A stretch of DNA of 64,000 nucleotides. Origin: Candidatus Latescibacterota bacterium. GTDB lineage: Bacteria > Latescibacterota > UBA2968 > GCA-2709665. The notes beneath the pieces were generated by a model that saw only the letters and a program-made list of their open reading frames with translations, was not told the origin of the DNA and did no database searches. The stretch covers positions 4,384,001-4,448,000 of the forward strand of contig OZ250150.1 of NCBI GenBank assembly GCA_965237675.1, written 5' to 3'. Shown one piece after another: positions 32,096 through 42,867 of this stretch. The stretch's first letter is position 1, and the number at the start of each line of letters is the position of its first letter. The position numbers were made by a program, and so were the translations under genes.

Positions 32096-32809
32096 TCAGG
32101 ACAATCGACGGGAATTCCACCACCTGGCGATGGGAAAGGGCGAATAGACGAGGAAAAACATGGCCAGGCCGGTGAGGTCGAGGAAGACAAGGTACCAAGG
32201 CCAGGGTGCAAAAAAGAAGGGAGATACCGTTCCCCAAGGGGGCGCGGAGAGGTACATATAGTTCGAACCGCCAAAGGAATTGATCACCGCGACACACGTC
32301 GCCAGTACGTGCAACCAGACAAATGCCCGGAAGAGTCCGCCGAGCGTGGGCCGCATCTTTAAACACCATGTGGCGTACAGGACCCCCACCACGATGCCGG
32401 AGTGCGACACGAAATACTGGAAAAATCGATACTGCGGAAAATCAACTTCCAGACCGCCGGGGGTGATCACGGCGTTTGACGCCCCCGCCAGGCCCCAGAA
32501 GTAGGCGATTTCGTACACCTTCTGATTGCGGAACAACAGGGCGAGAGAAGTCGCGAAGATCGCGATGCCGCAAACGTGGAGCGGCAGGAGGCTCCGAAAA
32601 AAACGACCGGGGCCGAACCCGGCGATTCGGACACCCCAGTGGATCCATTCGTTGCCAAGCAGGACGCCAGCCAGCACAACGCCCACGACGGCGGCCGTGC
32701 GGGACTGCGGCCCTTTCACGAACAGCGTGAGCAGGATCGGCAGGGCCAGCGTCAACGCCATCGCGATCAGGTGCGCCGGCCCAAACGTCTGAAATCCGGC
32801 GGTTGCCAT
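32096..32809 (-). CDS. YwaF-like (TIGR02206-type) integral membrane protein
   Basis: FGPAHL, LPLHVC, AYFWGL, YFVSH, NYMYL, PWPWY. Confidence 0.85.
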   Translation of the reverse strand: MATAGFQTFGPAHLIAMALTLALPILLTLFVKGPQSRTAAVVGVVLAGVLLGNEWIHWGVRIAGFGPGRFFRSLLPLHVCGIAIFATSLALLFRNQKVYEIAYFWGLAGASNAVITPGGLEVDFPQYRFFQYFVSHSGIVVGVLYATWCLKMRPTLGGLFRAFVWLHVLATCVAVINSFGGSNYMYLSAPPWGTVSPFFFAPWPWYLVFLDLTGLAMFFLVYSPFPIARWWNSRRLS

Positions 32810-32993
32810 AGGGCTCCGTCACCGGCCAGAGACAGTCTGGCGACGTGAAATCCAGGGCAGGTATCCGCCCCGCCGCGGGAGCCGACGCAGACGTGAGATG
32901 GGGAATGGGGTTTAACGGGATTCGTGGTTACCAGGGGGCGGGATAGTCCCCTCGAGTCGTTCAATCGCTAACGCGTCCGGTCGAATCCGCGGG

Positions 32994-34955
32994 TCAGCGG
33001 ATCCACGCCTCGCCGGAAGCGACGTCTCTTCCGATCGTCCAGGACGTTCCCAACGCGTCAACGGCAAACTCCACGCCGTCGTCCCCGGCCTGGAGCGCGT
33101 CCGGCAACCGGACGGATACCGCCGGCGCCTTCGTGCCTCGATAGGGGACGATCACGGTCACAAAAGCCGCGGGCGCCTGACTCTCAAGAGCGAACCGAAA
33201 TGCCTTGCGCGGCGTGCGATGGCCGTATTCCCAGGCGAACCAGCCGGTTTCTTCGACCAGGGACGCCGGACAACCGGCCGCCGCCTGCACCAGCACGTTG
33301 GCGTCCTCAAATTGCGTGAACGCCCTGTTTCCCTCGCCGTCGAACGTGACGTCGCCGGGCGCAAACTGGAAGTGCAGAGCTAGCTGACCGGGCGCACTGC
33401 CGATGGCCTCGTCGAGCAATACGAAGAAACGACGGTTCACGAACCAGACCGAACGCCGGTGGATCAAGCCGGGATATGACCGGTTCTCCACCACCAGCAC
33501 GTCCGAGTCAGCCCCCTCAGAGACCCACATCAGATTGCGCGCGTCGTCAGAGATATCCCCGCCGTCCAGCGTGAGGGTCTGATGCGCCGAGGTCTGCCGA
33601 TGCCAGGCGCGGCTCTCTCCGTCATGGCCATAGGTGTAGAAGCCCGTGTCGGGCATCAACCAGCGTCCGTACGCGTACAACTCAAACGTCCCGTTATCGG
33701 GCTGATCGTGGCCTGAAATCGCTGGCGGAGAACAGTGCAGCGCCAGGTAAATCTGATCGGGACCCCAGTCGTCGCGCATCACGTAGAAGCCGGCCTCCTT
33801 GAAGGCGCGGCTCTTCCGATCCGGCAGGCCTTCGCGATTCAAATTCGCACGCGCCGCATATTTGGGATCGCCGAGCAGTTCGGTCGCGCCGGCAAGTTCG
33901 CCGTAGAGCGGCCATTTCGTTCGATCGTCCGTGGATTTCAACGGGCGCGAGCCGTCGCCGAACATCGGCGCTCCCAAATCGGGCGACGCGATCCAGAAGA
34001 TGTAATCGTACATCCGCCGCACCCGTTCTCCGAACGCTTCTGGTATCTCAATGCCGAAGGCGTCCATGCGGCCGAAGATTTCCACGGCATCCCGCAAAAC
34101 GCCCTGGTGATACCCGAAGGACCACTCCCGCTGAACGCCGTCTGCGGTTGTCTGCGCCAGAATATTCTCCTCGGTGCGCGCCAACCCCAGTTCCATCCAA
34201 TCGCGGGACTCCCTGAACTCGCTGAACGTGTAGGCGACATTGATAAACCCACGTTGTTCGAACACCGCCTTGTTGTGGATGAGCCCCATAGGAATAAGCG
34301 TTGTTTTTGTCTGGTGGTCATACAGGCTCGCCATCAAGACGCCGAGAAACCCGGGCGTAAACGTCTCGGCGTGCACCAGGCCGCGAAACGCCGAACAGAT
34401 GTTCGTCGCCCGGATACCCGTCTGGAGATCCAGCCATGCAAATCCCTTCCACCACTTATAAACGTGGTGGGTTTTGGTGTGATTTTCCAGGGGATGTTTC
34501 GTAATCCAGTCGGTTGAAAGTTCCACGAATGCCTGCGCATATTTTTCATCTCGCGTCGCCGCGTAGGCCGTCACGAGAGGCGCGGCCCAATAGAAACGAT
34601 ATACGGCCGCTACCCACTCAATATCACCCGGCGGATCCCATTCCCAGTCGAAGTCGTCGCCATATTGCGCCTCCCCATAGGGTCCCCACTGAATGATGCG
34701 CTCACAGACTTTGTCCGCCGTTGAAAAGTCACCTGCTTTACTCGCTTCCCCCAGTGGAAATTTCGCCCGGTAGTAGTCGCGCAACGCGGTCATGGCGCCA
34801 GGCCTGTCGCCGGCGTCGGCCGCACGTTTCGCCGCTTCCAGCCCCTTCGTCGTCAGATCCAGTTTATCCAGGATCCGTTCGGGGTCGAGTGAACTCAACG
34901 GCATCTCGTGATCGATCCGGTCCGCGCCTGCCGGATACTCCTGTATCGAATTCAT
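32994..34955 (-). CDS. Heparinase II/III-family lyase
   Basis: DGVQREWSFGYH, PMFGD, AGFYVMR, HDQPDNGTFEL, TSAHQTL; GGAGAG RBS. Confidence 0.85.
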   Translation of the reverse strand: MNSIQEYPAGADRIDHEMPLSSLDPERILDKLDLTTKGLEAAKRAADAGDRPGAMTALRDYYRAKFPLGEASKAGDFSTADKVCERIIQWGPYGEAQYGDDFDWEWDPPGDIEWVAAVYRFYWAAPLVTAYAATRDEKYAQAFVELSTDWITKHPLENHTKTHHVYKWWKGFAWLDLQTGIRATNICSAFRGLVHAETFTPGFLGVLMASLYDHQTKTTLIPMGLIHNKAVFEQRGFINVAYTFSEFRESRDWMELGLARTEENILAQTTADGVQREWSFGYHQGVLRDAVEIFGRMDAFGIEIPEAFGERVRRMYDYIFWIASPDLGAPMFGDGSRPLKSTDDRTKWPLYGELAGATELLGDPKYAARANLNREGLPDRKSRAFKEAGFYVMRDDWGPDQIYLALHCSPPAISGHDQPDNGTFELYAYGRWLMPDTGFYTYGHDGESRAWHRQTSAHQTLTLDGGDISDDARNLMWVSEGADSDVLVVENRSYPGLIHRRSVWFVNRRFFVLLDEAIGSAPGQLALHFQFAPGDVTFDGEGNRAFTQFEDANVLVQAAAGCPASLVEETGWFAWEYGHRTPRKAFRFALESQAPAAFVTVIVPYRGTKAPAVSVRLPDALQAGDDGVEFAVDALGTSWTIGRDVASGEAWIR

Positions 34956-35096
34956 GGCCATGCTCTCCGATAAATCGATGTCGGAATCGTGTTTTCGCCG
35001 CCCGGCAAGAACTGTTTTCCATTCACCGGGGTATAAACATACGTCTCGGAAAAAGTGTCCGCAACACAATTGTTGGGGTTTTTCAGGGAATGGGTA

Positions 35097-35123
35097 ACAT
35101 GGATATACAGGATAGACAGGATG
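35097..35123. repeat. Short tandem ACAGGATA-like repeat
   Basis: aacatggatatacaggatagacaggatg, 9-bp periodicity. Confidence 0.4.
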
Positions 35124-35157
35124 AGAAACTGAAGACCCCGGGTTCACTGTCGATACC

Positions 35158-35373
35158 CTACAGCGCGTCGGCTGACGCGCCCAGCGCTTTGCACAAAGCC
35201 GGGAATGTCCCTATATTGGGCAGCGACTCGCCGTTCTCCCACTTGGAAACCGCCTGCACGCTGATGCAAACGGCCTGTCCGAGTTGTTCCTGTGTCAGCC
35301 CCTGTTGCTTTCGTCTATCCTTGATCCGTCGTCCAAGCTCCGTTGGGTCACACATTGGTATGCCTCCCTGCAT
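35158..35373 (-). pseudogene. XRE-family HTH regulator, probably truncated
   Basis: RKQQGLTQEQLG..ISVQAVSKWENGESLP; ends immediately after the HTH. Confidence 0.65.
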
Positions 35374-35581
35374 TTGTGTATGTATGGCGGCGTTCTTTCA
35401 TCCAATGGAAAACCAAATATAGCGCAATTGCCGGTTGTCGGTATCGAGGAATATGAGAACGGAGCAACTGCCGATTGAGGACGTTGATGCACAAGCGTTC
35501 TTAGTACTGGCTGCCCTCTACGGGTAAATATGAAAGTAGTACTTGCAGATTTCCCACTTTCCCGGTACATTTGTCGATACG

Positions 35582-36763
35582 ATGATTACTCGCGAGATCA
35601 CAGACAGGCTGGTCGCACTCTTCCAACAGTACCCCTTTGTTACCGTGACCGGACCACGGCAGGCGGGCAAGACCACGCTCTGCTGCGCCGCGTTTCCTCA
35701 TCTCAAGTACGTCAACATGGAAGCGCCCGATCAACGACTGTTCGCCGAATCCGATCCACGGGGATTTCTATCGCGTCTGGGCGATGGCGCCATTCTGGAT
35801 GAAATCCAGCGGGTGCCTCAACTCCTTTCGTACCTTCAGGTCCTGGCCGACGAAATAGGCCGAAACAGTCTATTCGTGCTCACCGGCAGCGAGCAGTTCC
35901 GGCTCTCCGATACCATCAGCCAGTCCCTGGCGGGACGTACGGCGCTGCTGTGCCTTCTGCCATTCTCTCTGGAGGAACGGAAACGCGCGGGCGCCGGCGG
36001 CAAGGTCGATGACATTTTGTACTCCGGGTGTTATCCTCGAATCCACGATCAGAAACTGGAACCACGGCAAGCTCTCGGAGACTACTTCGAGACCTACGTC
36101 GAGCGGGATGTGCGCCGCATCGGAGAGATCCGGAATTTCACCAGTTTTCGTCGATTCGTGCGCCTTTGCGCAGGGCGCGTGGGACAGCTTCTCAATCTCG
36201 CCTCTCTGGGCGCCGACGCGGGCGTTTCTCATACCACGGCCCGCCACTGGATGTCAATTCTGGAGGCGAGCTACGTTGTTTTTCAACTCCCGCCGTTTTT
36301 CGCGAATATCCGCAAACGCCTGATAAAATCACCCAAACTCTATTTTTACGACGTGGGATTGGCGAGTTATCTCATCGGAATCGAACATTCCTGGCAGATT
36401 GCGACCCATCCTCTGCGCGGCGCGCTGTTCGAGAATGCCGTCGTCGCGGAGGCCCTGAAATACCTGTTCAATAGAGGCCGCCGATCCAACCTGTCTTTTT
36501 TCCGGGACACGCGCGGCCTGGAGTGCGACCTCCTCTACGAATTGGGCAATCGTATTGGCGCAATCGAGATCAAATCCGGCGCCACGGTAGCTTCCGACTA
36601 CTTCACCGCACTGGATCGGGTGGGAAAGCTGCTTCCGCAGGTCTCCCACAGAGGCTTGGTTTACGGAGGCGCGGTTCGCCAGTCCCGATGCGACGTGGAA
36701 GTGGTGACGATGGGGGACGTCAGCGGCCTGCTCGAAAGTTTCGACAGCTCTGGCGAGAAATAA
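35582..36763 (+). CDS. AAA+ ATPase with DUF4143-type C-terminal domain
   Basis: GPRQAGKTT, ILDEIQ, LTGS, SLAGR, TYVERDV, KSPKLYFYDVG, GALFEN, AIEIK. Confidence 0.9.
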   Translation: MITREITDRLVALFQQYPFVTVTGPRQAGKTTLCCAAFPHLKYVNMEAPDQRLFAESDPRGFLSRLGDGAILDEIQRVPQLLSYLQVLADEIGRNSLFVLTGSEQFRLSDTISQSLAGRTALLCLLPFSLEERKRAGAGGKVDDILYSGCYPRIHDQKLEPRQALGDYFETYVERDVRRIGEIRNFTSFRRFVRLCAGRVGQLLNLASLGADAGVSHTTARHWMSILEASYVVFQLPPFFANIRKRLIKSPKLYFYDVGLASYLIGIEHSWQIATHPLRGALFENAVVAEALKYLFNRGRRSNLSFFRDTRGLECDLLYELGNRIGAIEIKSGATVASDYFTALDRVGKLLPQVSHRGLVYGGAVRQSRCDVEVVTMGDVSGLLESFDSSGEK

Positions 36764-36874
36764 TGGACCGTGTTACTTTCCGCAGGTTGCCGCGCCCGCC
36801 AACGTGGCCGGGTAAGCTGCCGTTTCACGATAGAAGGAAGGCCTATAAACCGCAAAAAGTCAGGACTTGAAACT

Positions 36875-37870
36875 ATGGATACGATTCGGTTGGGCCTGGT
36901 CGGTTCGGGCGGAATGGCGCAGAGCCGCGCGCGGGCTTTTGCGGCCCTCGAGGGATGCAGGCTGACCGCATTGGCCGCCCGAAATCCGCGCACCGGAGGC
37001 GAATTGGCACGGCGGCACGAACTGCCGCTGCTGGAACATTGGCAGGATCTGATCGACCGTTCCGACGTGGACGCAGTCGTGGTTTGTACCAACAACGACA
37101 GCCACGGTCCCATCGCCAGGGCCGCCCTCGAGGCACGCAAACCCGTTTTTCTGGAATACCCTATAGCGCGACACGTCGACGAGGGGGTCGCCCTGGTCAA
37201 CCTGGCTCGCGCGTCGGGCACCGTTCTCCGTGTCGCCCACCCCGAGGTCGTGTCGGGCGTGCACCGGCAACTTAAGGAGGCGGTCGGTTCGCTGGGAGGG
37301 CTGATGGTGGCGCTGTTCGCGCGTCTGACGCCGGGGAGAGGGGCGCGGCCGGAAGTGTTGTTCAACATCCACGCGTCGGGGCCGCCGAGTCTCTTTTTCG
37401 TCTATCACGTGTACCCTCTGATCAACCTGTTCGGCCCGGCGTCGTGGGTGGAGGGGTACGCCCATTACGAGGGAATGGACACCACCGGAACGTACGAACG
37501 CTTCGTCAACCGGGTCGTGGTGGGGTTTGCAAGAGGCGGTACCGCCGAATGGACGTGGGCGGGCGGGATTTCAATCGGAAGGGCAGAGCAATACCAGCGG
37601 ATGGTGCTGGAGGGCGGGACGCTGGTTAACGACGACGGCTGGCGACTCTCGTCCGCGGAGGGCAAGGAGGTACCGTTGCCGTCAGCCGGCCGGGAGGTGT
37701 CGCTGGAGCGGCTTTTTCTGGATGAAGTACGCGGTACAAGGAATGGATGGCGATCGGACCTGGACACCGCCCTCGAAGCCATTCGCATCGGGCTGGGGGC
37801 AGAGACGGCGGCGACCCAGGGCCGGCGGGTGCATCTCCTGGAAGGCGGGACTGAACGGGCGACGAAATGA
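36875..37870 (+). CDS. Gfo/Idh/MocA-family oxidoreductase
   Basis: RLGLVGSGGMA, DVDAVVVCT..H, KPVFLEYP. Confidence 0.85.
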   Translation: MDTIRLGLVGSGGMAQSRARAFAALEGCRLTALAARNPRTGGELARRHELPLLEHWQDLIDRSDVDAVVVCTNNDSHGPIARAALEARKPVFLEYPIARHVDEGVALVNLARASGTVLRVAHPEVVSGVHRQLKEAVGSLGGLMVALFARLTPGRGARPEVLFNIHASGPPSLFFVYHVYPLINLFGPASWVEGYAHYEGMDTTGTYERFVNRVVVGFARGGTAEWTWAGGISIGRAEQYQRMVLEGGTLVNDDGWRLSSAEGKEVPLPSAGREVSLERLFLDEVRGTRNGWRSDLDTALEAIRIGLGAETAATQGRRVHLLEGGTERATK

Positions 37871-37897
37871 CGTCCTGACAAACCGCCTGCCGCCTAT

Positions 37898-38650
37898 TCA
37901 GCCTTCCCGCGGTCCGAAGGCGGCCATGTAGAGGCGCGTTCGGTCGTTGAGCACGCCGTAAAAGGCGCGCGTTTCCGGGTCGGGGTGATCCCTCCAGAAC
38001 ACCGCGGGGATACCCGAGTCGTTGGCCAGCGGAGGCCTGTGGCGGTGGCCGTAGTAGATCTGCGCGGTTTTTCGGACAGCCTGCGTGGGGCGCGTGGTCG
38101 CCGTGTGCAGCAGGGCCACGTTGAACAGGGCGCACGTGCCGGCCGGACCGTGGAAATCGTACACCCCGCCGCGCTCCAGCTGGGCCGCGGGATCGTCCAG
38201 AACCGCCTGGTCGACGGACTCCGGCGAGAGGGAAAAACAGTGGGTGCCCTCGTCGACGTCGGTGAGGTAGACCATCAACTGGATATAGTCCATGCCCAGG
38301 GGGTGTTCGGGCCAGTGGAGCCTGTCGCGGTGCCAACCCTGGTGCATGTCGCCTTCATAGGGACCCATCCGCCGCAGGCCGATTTCGCCGAAGCAGACCG
38401 GGCCGCCCATCAATTCCTCGATCGCGGGCATTATGCCCTGGTGACGGATCAAATCATCGAACTGAGGCGTGGTGATCAGGACGTCGTAGTTGGCTTCCTG
38501 GTGGTATCCGTACGGATGCCAGAAATAGGGAAACCGGTGGCGGTCTTCCTCGAACAGATCGTGGAAGTAGCGCACCTCCTCGGACTCGAGGACAGTGCCG
38601 AGGTTCAGGAAACCATTCCGTGCGAAAAAGCCGCGGTCAATCGGGTTCAT
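37898..38650 (-). CDS. Phytanoyl-CoA dioxygenase-family protein
   Basis: FFARNGFL, WHRD, VYLTDV, GPAGTCALFN..LLH. Confidence 0.85.
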   Translation of the reverse strand: MNPIDRGFFARNGFLNLGTVLESEEVRYFHDLFEEDRHRFPYFWHPYGYHQEANYDVLITTPQFDDLIRHQGIMPAIEELMGGPVCFGEIGLRRMGPYEGDMHQGWHRDRLHWPEHPLGMDYIQLMVYLTDVDEGTHCFSLSPESVDQAVLDDPAAQLERGGVYDFHGPAGTCALFNVALLHTATTRPTQAVRKTAQIYYGHRHRPPLANDSGIPAVFWRDHPDPETRAFYGVLNDRTRLYMAAFGPREG

Positions 38651-38858
38651 AGGTGTAAATCCGGAAGGTGGATAGCGGGCGCCGCGCAGACGGTCGTTTG
38701 TAGATCCACCGACGAGCGGCGCAAAACGCGACGTTCTTCTGGGTCGGTAATATATCCGGCCGACGTCCGGTTGCCAAGCGCCATCGGTCGACACCCGAGG
38801 CCAGGCGTTCACGGTTGTACGAGACTACGGAAAGTTGCCAACTGAACGGAGGCGCGTA

Positions 38859-41600
38859 ATGAACCTGGGCGGATACGCAGCCCAAATAGCACGGGCGCTT
38901 GGTAGGGCCTCCGGGCTCTCGGCCATGTTTATCGCGGTGGCCCTGATGTCCTCGCAAAGCCGGGCTGGCGTCGACACCTTTTCCTTCGCCCTGATTGGCG
39001 ACGTGCCCTACGCCAGTGCCGACAGCCTCCGGTTCGCACAGGTGATTGACCGGATCAACGCGGATACAGACGTCCAATGGGTCATCCACGCGGGCGATAT
39101 CAAAAACGGGGGGCAGCCGTGCACGGACGCTTTTCTCGAAGAACGCCTGCAGAGATTCAGCCGCTTCGAGGATCCCTTCATCCTCACCCCGGGCGACAAC
39201 GAATGGACAGACTGTCACCTCAGGAACGCCGGCCGCTTCGATCCGCTGGAACGCCTGCGGAAATTGCGGACGCTCTTCTATCCTCGCGCGGGCATAACGC
39301 TTGGGAGACAGCCAATGGCGGTTGAATCCCAGGCGGCGTCGCCCGAATACAGCGAATTTCGGGAAAACGTCCACTGGAAACGGGCGGGGGTTCATTTCGC
39401 GACCGTACACGTTGTGGGGAGCAGAAACGGGCTGGCATCCTTTCAGCCTCGCGACTCGACCGAGATTGGAACGGTTCCACTGCGGACGAAGAAGCACGAC
39501 GCGGCGGTCGAGCGGCGCACCAGGGCAGGAATCGCGTGGCTTCGCAGAGCCTTTTCCAAGGCTTCCAGTTCCGGCAGAGGGCTTTTTCTGACGCTGCATG
39601 CATCGATGGGACTGGAACGAAAACCGACGCCGGATCCGCCGCATTTCAAGGCCCTTCTCGACGTTTTGCGCGAGGAAACGGAGCGATTCGGCCGACCCGT
39701 GGTGCTCGCACACGGCGACTCGCATTATTTCCGGATCGACAAACCGCTACGGCGCAATCGGGATGGCCGACGGCTCTGGAATTTCACACGCGTGGAAACC
39801 TTTGGCGCTTCGGACGTGAACTGGATCGAGGTGAAGGTGGATCCTGCCAGTGCGAACGTCTTTTCGTTCGAACAGAGAATTGTAAAGCGGGGGCAAACGA
39901 ATGGAGATCAACCCGAAACGAGGAAAAGGAGCGACATGGCTGTCACCAGATCCGGAGCATCGGAACGCGCCCCCCAGCAAAAGATCGACGCCATGCACCG
40001 CCCGTCCTGGTGCGTGGAAACGGACGAGGGGCGCCTGTATTGGGAACTCCTCAGCGCCGCAATCCGAAATGACGCCGGCGCCCTGCGCAAACACCTGCGC
40101 GCGGATCCCGACTGCGCCAGGCTGCAGTTCTGGTATACCCCGCCGATCCACTTCGCGGTGCGGGAGGGCAATCTCGATGCGACGAGAGTACTGTGGGAAG
40201 CCTATGCGTACGACGAGGTGACCGATCTTATTACCATGGCCGACGACCGCGGCCATACGTCGGTCGCCGATTATCTGCGGAAGGCCATCGGGTCCGTGGC
40301 GGAGGCGTCGGATCCGCAGTTGCACGAAGCGGTGAAAGCCGGAGACCACGCAAAGGTCGAACGGCTGCTTAATGATTTGGAAGGAATCGAATCACAGCGG
40401 GACCCGGAAGGCAGGACCGCGCTCCACGTTGCGGTGATTTCGGATGATCAGGCAGCGGTAAAGGCACTTCTCAATAGCAACGTCGACGTGGATGCCGCCG
40501 ACCACGCCGGTTTCCGCGCCATCCACTACACCCTCTGGGTCGACCTGATGTGGAACCGGCCGATAGTGAATCCCGCGCTCCTGCACGCACTGCTCGACGC
40601 CGGGGCCCGGGACAGCCCCACACTGGCTGCCGCGAGGGGCGACCTGGATGCCGTTCGGGCATTTGTAGGCGCCGACGCCTCGGCCGTAAACGAGGGAGAG
40701 AGACTTCAGAAGCGGCCCCTGTCCGCCGCCGTTGAGCGCGGCCACCGTGACATTGTCCGTTTTCTCCTGGACAACGGCGCGGATCCCCGTCTGCCGGAGG
40801 GTCGCCTTTGCCCCAGCGGGTCGTCGCTGATGACCGCCACGGTGGAAGACGACCTGGAAGTCGTGACATGGCTGCTGGAGGCCGGGGCCGATCCGAACGG
40901 ACACGTGGACTCCTCGGGATCCCCCGCGATCCGCGCCCGTTCCGACGCCATGCGCGGTCTGCTCTACGGCTATGGCGGGCGCGCATCCGGGGCGTGGGGC
41001 TACGTGCAGCGCGGCCAACTCGAAACTCTGGCCGCTATTCTGCGTTACACTGACGATCCGTTTTCCGACGAGGAGAGCGAGTACCTGACCACACCCTACA
41101 CCGCCGTGATCAGCGGCTGTGGACGCATGGAGGACCGGGGAGAATCCCCCGATGCCCACGAGGCGATGCTCACCATGTTCCTCCAGCGCAAACACCCGAT
41201 GCCGCGCGTTCTCACCGCGTGCAAGACCTACCTCTACCACGTGCCGCGAATGACGCGCCGGCTGCTCGAACATGGACTCGATCCAAATCTGCCAGACTGG
41301 CTAAAACGTACACCGTTGCACGACCTGTGCCGCGGAAACCGCCACGTATCCGACGCCGGCGGGTTGGTACGATTGTTCATCGAATACGGCGCTGACATCA
41401 ATGCAATCGACGAGGAAGACAGGTCAACCCCTCTGGGGATCGCCGCACGGGAGGGCAACGCTGAACTGGTTGGCCTGCTGCTGGACAGCGGCGCCGACCC
41501 CAACGCGGCGGGCGCCGTATGGGCAACGCCCGTGGCGTGGGCAAAACGCCGCGGCCACGAGCAAATCGTAAAGATGCTTAGAGAGGGGGGCGCCCGGTAG
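38859..41600 (+). CDS. In-frame fusion of a secreted metallophosphoesterase and an ankyrin repeat protein (internal start at 39936)
   Basis: IGDVPY, HAGDIK, PGDNEWTDC, HGDSH in the N-terminal part; about ten ANK units after residue 368; AAGGAG RBS and ATG at 39936. Confidence 0.8.
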   Translation: MNLGGYAAQIARALGRASGLSAMFIAVALMSSQSRAGVDTFSFALIGDVPYASADSLRFAQVIDRINADTDVQWVIHAGDIKNGGQPCTDAFLEERLQRFSRFEDPFILTPGDNEWTDCHLRNAGRFDPLERLRKLRTLFYPRAGITLGRQPMAVESQAASPEYSEFRENVHWKRAGVHFATVHVVGSRNGLASFQPRDSTEIGTVPLRTKKHDAAVERRTRAGIAWLRRAFSKASSSGRGLFLTLHASMGLERKPTPDPPHFKALLDVLREETERFGRPVVLAHGDSHYFRIDKPLRRNRDGRRLWNFTRVETFGASDVNWIEVKVDPASANVFSFEQRIVKRGQTNGDQPETRKRSDMAVTRSGASERAPQQKIDAMHRPSWCVETDEGRLYWELLSAAIRNDAGALRKHLRADPDCARLQFWYTPPIHFAVREGNLDATRVLWEAYAYDEVTDLITMADDRGHTSVADYLRKAIGSVAEASDPQLHEAVKAGDHAKVERLLNDLEGIESQRDPEGRTALHVAVISDDQAAVKALLNSNVDVDAADHAGFRAIHYTLWVDLMWNRPIVNPALLHALLDAGARDSPTLAAARGDLDAVRAFVGADASAVNEGERLQKRPLSAAVERGHRDIVRFLLDNGADPRLPEGRLCPSGSSLMTATVEDDLEVVTWLLEAGADPNGHVDSSGSPAIRARSDAMRGLLYGYGGRASGAWGYVQRGQLETLAAILRYTDDPFSDEESEYLTTPYTAVISGCGRMEDRGESPDAHEAMLTMFLQRKHPMPRVLTACKTYLYHVPRMTRRLLEHGLDPNLPDWLKRTPLHDLCRGNRHVSDAGGLVRLFIEYGADINAIDEEDRSTPLGIAAREGNAELVGLLLDSGADPNAAGAVWATPVAWAKRRGHEQIVKMLREGGAR

Positions 41601-41704
41601 ACGTGGGTGAAGCTGCCGGCGTCACCGGAATACCAGCGGCTGACCAAAGCGAAATCACAACACGGTGTTCAGGTTGCGGCAACTCTTCGAGGAAATATAG
41701 GGGA

Positions 41705-42034
41705 ATGACCGGCGACGAGAAACTCATCGGGCGGATACGATCCATTCTCTCACAAGAGGACGGATTCTCCGAGAAAAGGATGTTCGGCGGCGCCTGCTTT
41801 ATGATCAACGGCAACATGTGCATGGGGACGTGGAGGGGGTCTCTGATCGTTCGACTCGACAGGGCGCGTCACGACCTGACGCTTGAGGAGCCGCACACGA
41901 AGCCGTTCGACGTCACGGGCCGCGTCATGAGGGGATGGGCGCTGGTTGAACCACCCGCGATAGAATCGGACGAAGACCTTACGGAATGGGTGTACAGGGC
42001 GGCCGATTATGTCGGGTCGCTTCCGCCCAAATGA
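41705..42034 (+). CDS. TfoX/Sxy N-terminal domain protein
   Basis: EKRMFGG.CFMINGNM, MRGWALV, SLPPK. Confidence 0.85.
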   Translation: MTGDEKLIGRIRSILSQEDGFSEKRMFGGACFMINGNMCMGTWRGSLIVRLDRARHDLTLEEPHTKPFDVTGRVMRGWALVEPPAIESDEDLTEWVYRAADYVGSLPPK

Positions 42035-42075
42035 AGGTGAGGGGCTTCTATCGGAAACGAGGCAGGGCTGTTCCC

Positions 42076-42393
42076 CTATTGCAATGGCGAGAAGGAGGTT
42101 GGGATGAGGACGTCGGAGACAACCTCGTCCACGATGGGCCCATAGCTTTCGGTTTGTTCCCGGGCTGCAATCCATTCGGCGTCTGAGCGGAAAGAATCCC
42201 ACGCTGTTTCCATAGCCTCTTCGCTTTCAAATTCGCAAAGGTAGATCAGTTCGTTGGCATCCCTTCGTGTCCAAAAACCGACGACTTTTATGCCGTGCCT
42301 GTCGAAGAGGCCAAACGTAACGGTTTCAAACCGGTTGAGGATGTCCGGCATCCGGCCTTCGGGGATTCTGTAGGTGCGGTGTTCGTAGATCAT
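42076..42393 (-). CDS. NIPSNAP-family protein
   Basis: MIYEHRTY, LFDRHGIKVVGFW, AWDSFRSDAEW, LIPTSFSP. Confidence 0.9.
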   Translation of the reverse strand: MIYEHRTYRIPEGRMPDILNRFETVTFGLFDRHGIKVVGFWTRRDANELIYLCEFESEEAMETAWDSFRSDAEWIAAREQTESYGPIVDEVVSDVLIPTSFSPLQ

Positions 42394-42867
42394 CAGGGCT
42401 CTCCATGGTGTGCAGGATCGTGCAGCAATCGAATAACGGCCGGCATCTGAGGGACCGCGATCAGGCCGCGCGCGGCCGTCTGCATTCCTTCGCAAAAAGG
42501 GATTAAACCTGGCTACGCGCTGTCTATGGTAACAAGAATTCAGCCGGATGGAAAGGGCCGCCTTACCCGGCCGCCGCGCATAGGCGGAACGCAGATAACG
42601 GAATGGAGAGCACGCGCACTATTTCTGTTGACAACCGATCGATGCCCGGGCTATGTTCCCCTGAAAGAAAGCGTGGGAATGAGCCTGTGTTTCCGCACCA
42701 ATTCAGCAATCCTCCAGCCACGCAAAGTCCGTCCGTTTTTATGATACAGGCGCCCCGCCTGGCCGACTTCAACGAATTCGTCCGTCTCGCTCGAAGCTTT
42801 GGCAAGGGTTCGCGCCCGATGCGGGCCTCAACGCCACACTCGTCCTGGTCGCACAGGTCGTTTAATA

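Noticed and set aside
42628-42725. Promoter-like TTGACA-N18-TATGTT with a possible structured leader
   Set aside because: Pairing is limited to a 6-bp stem; not enough to call an ncRNA.
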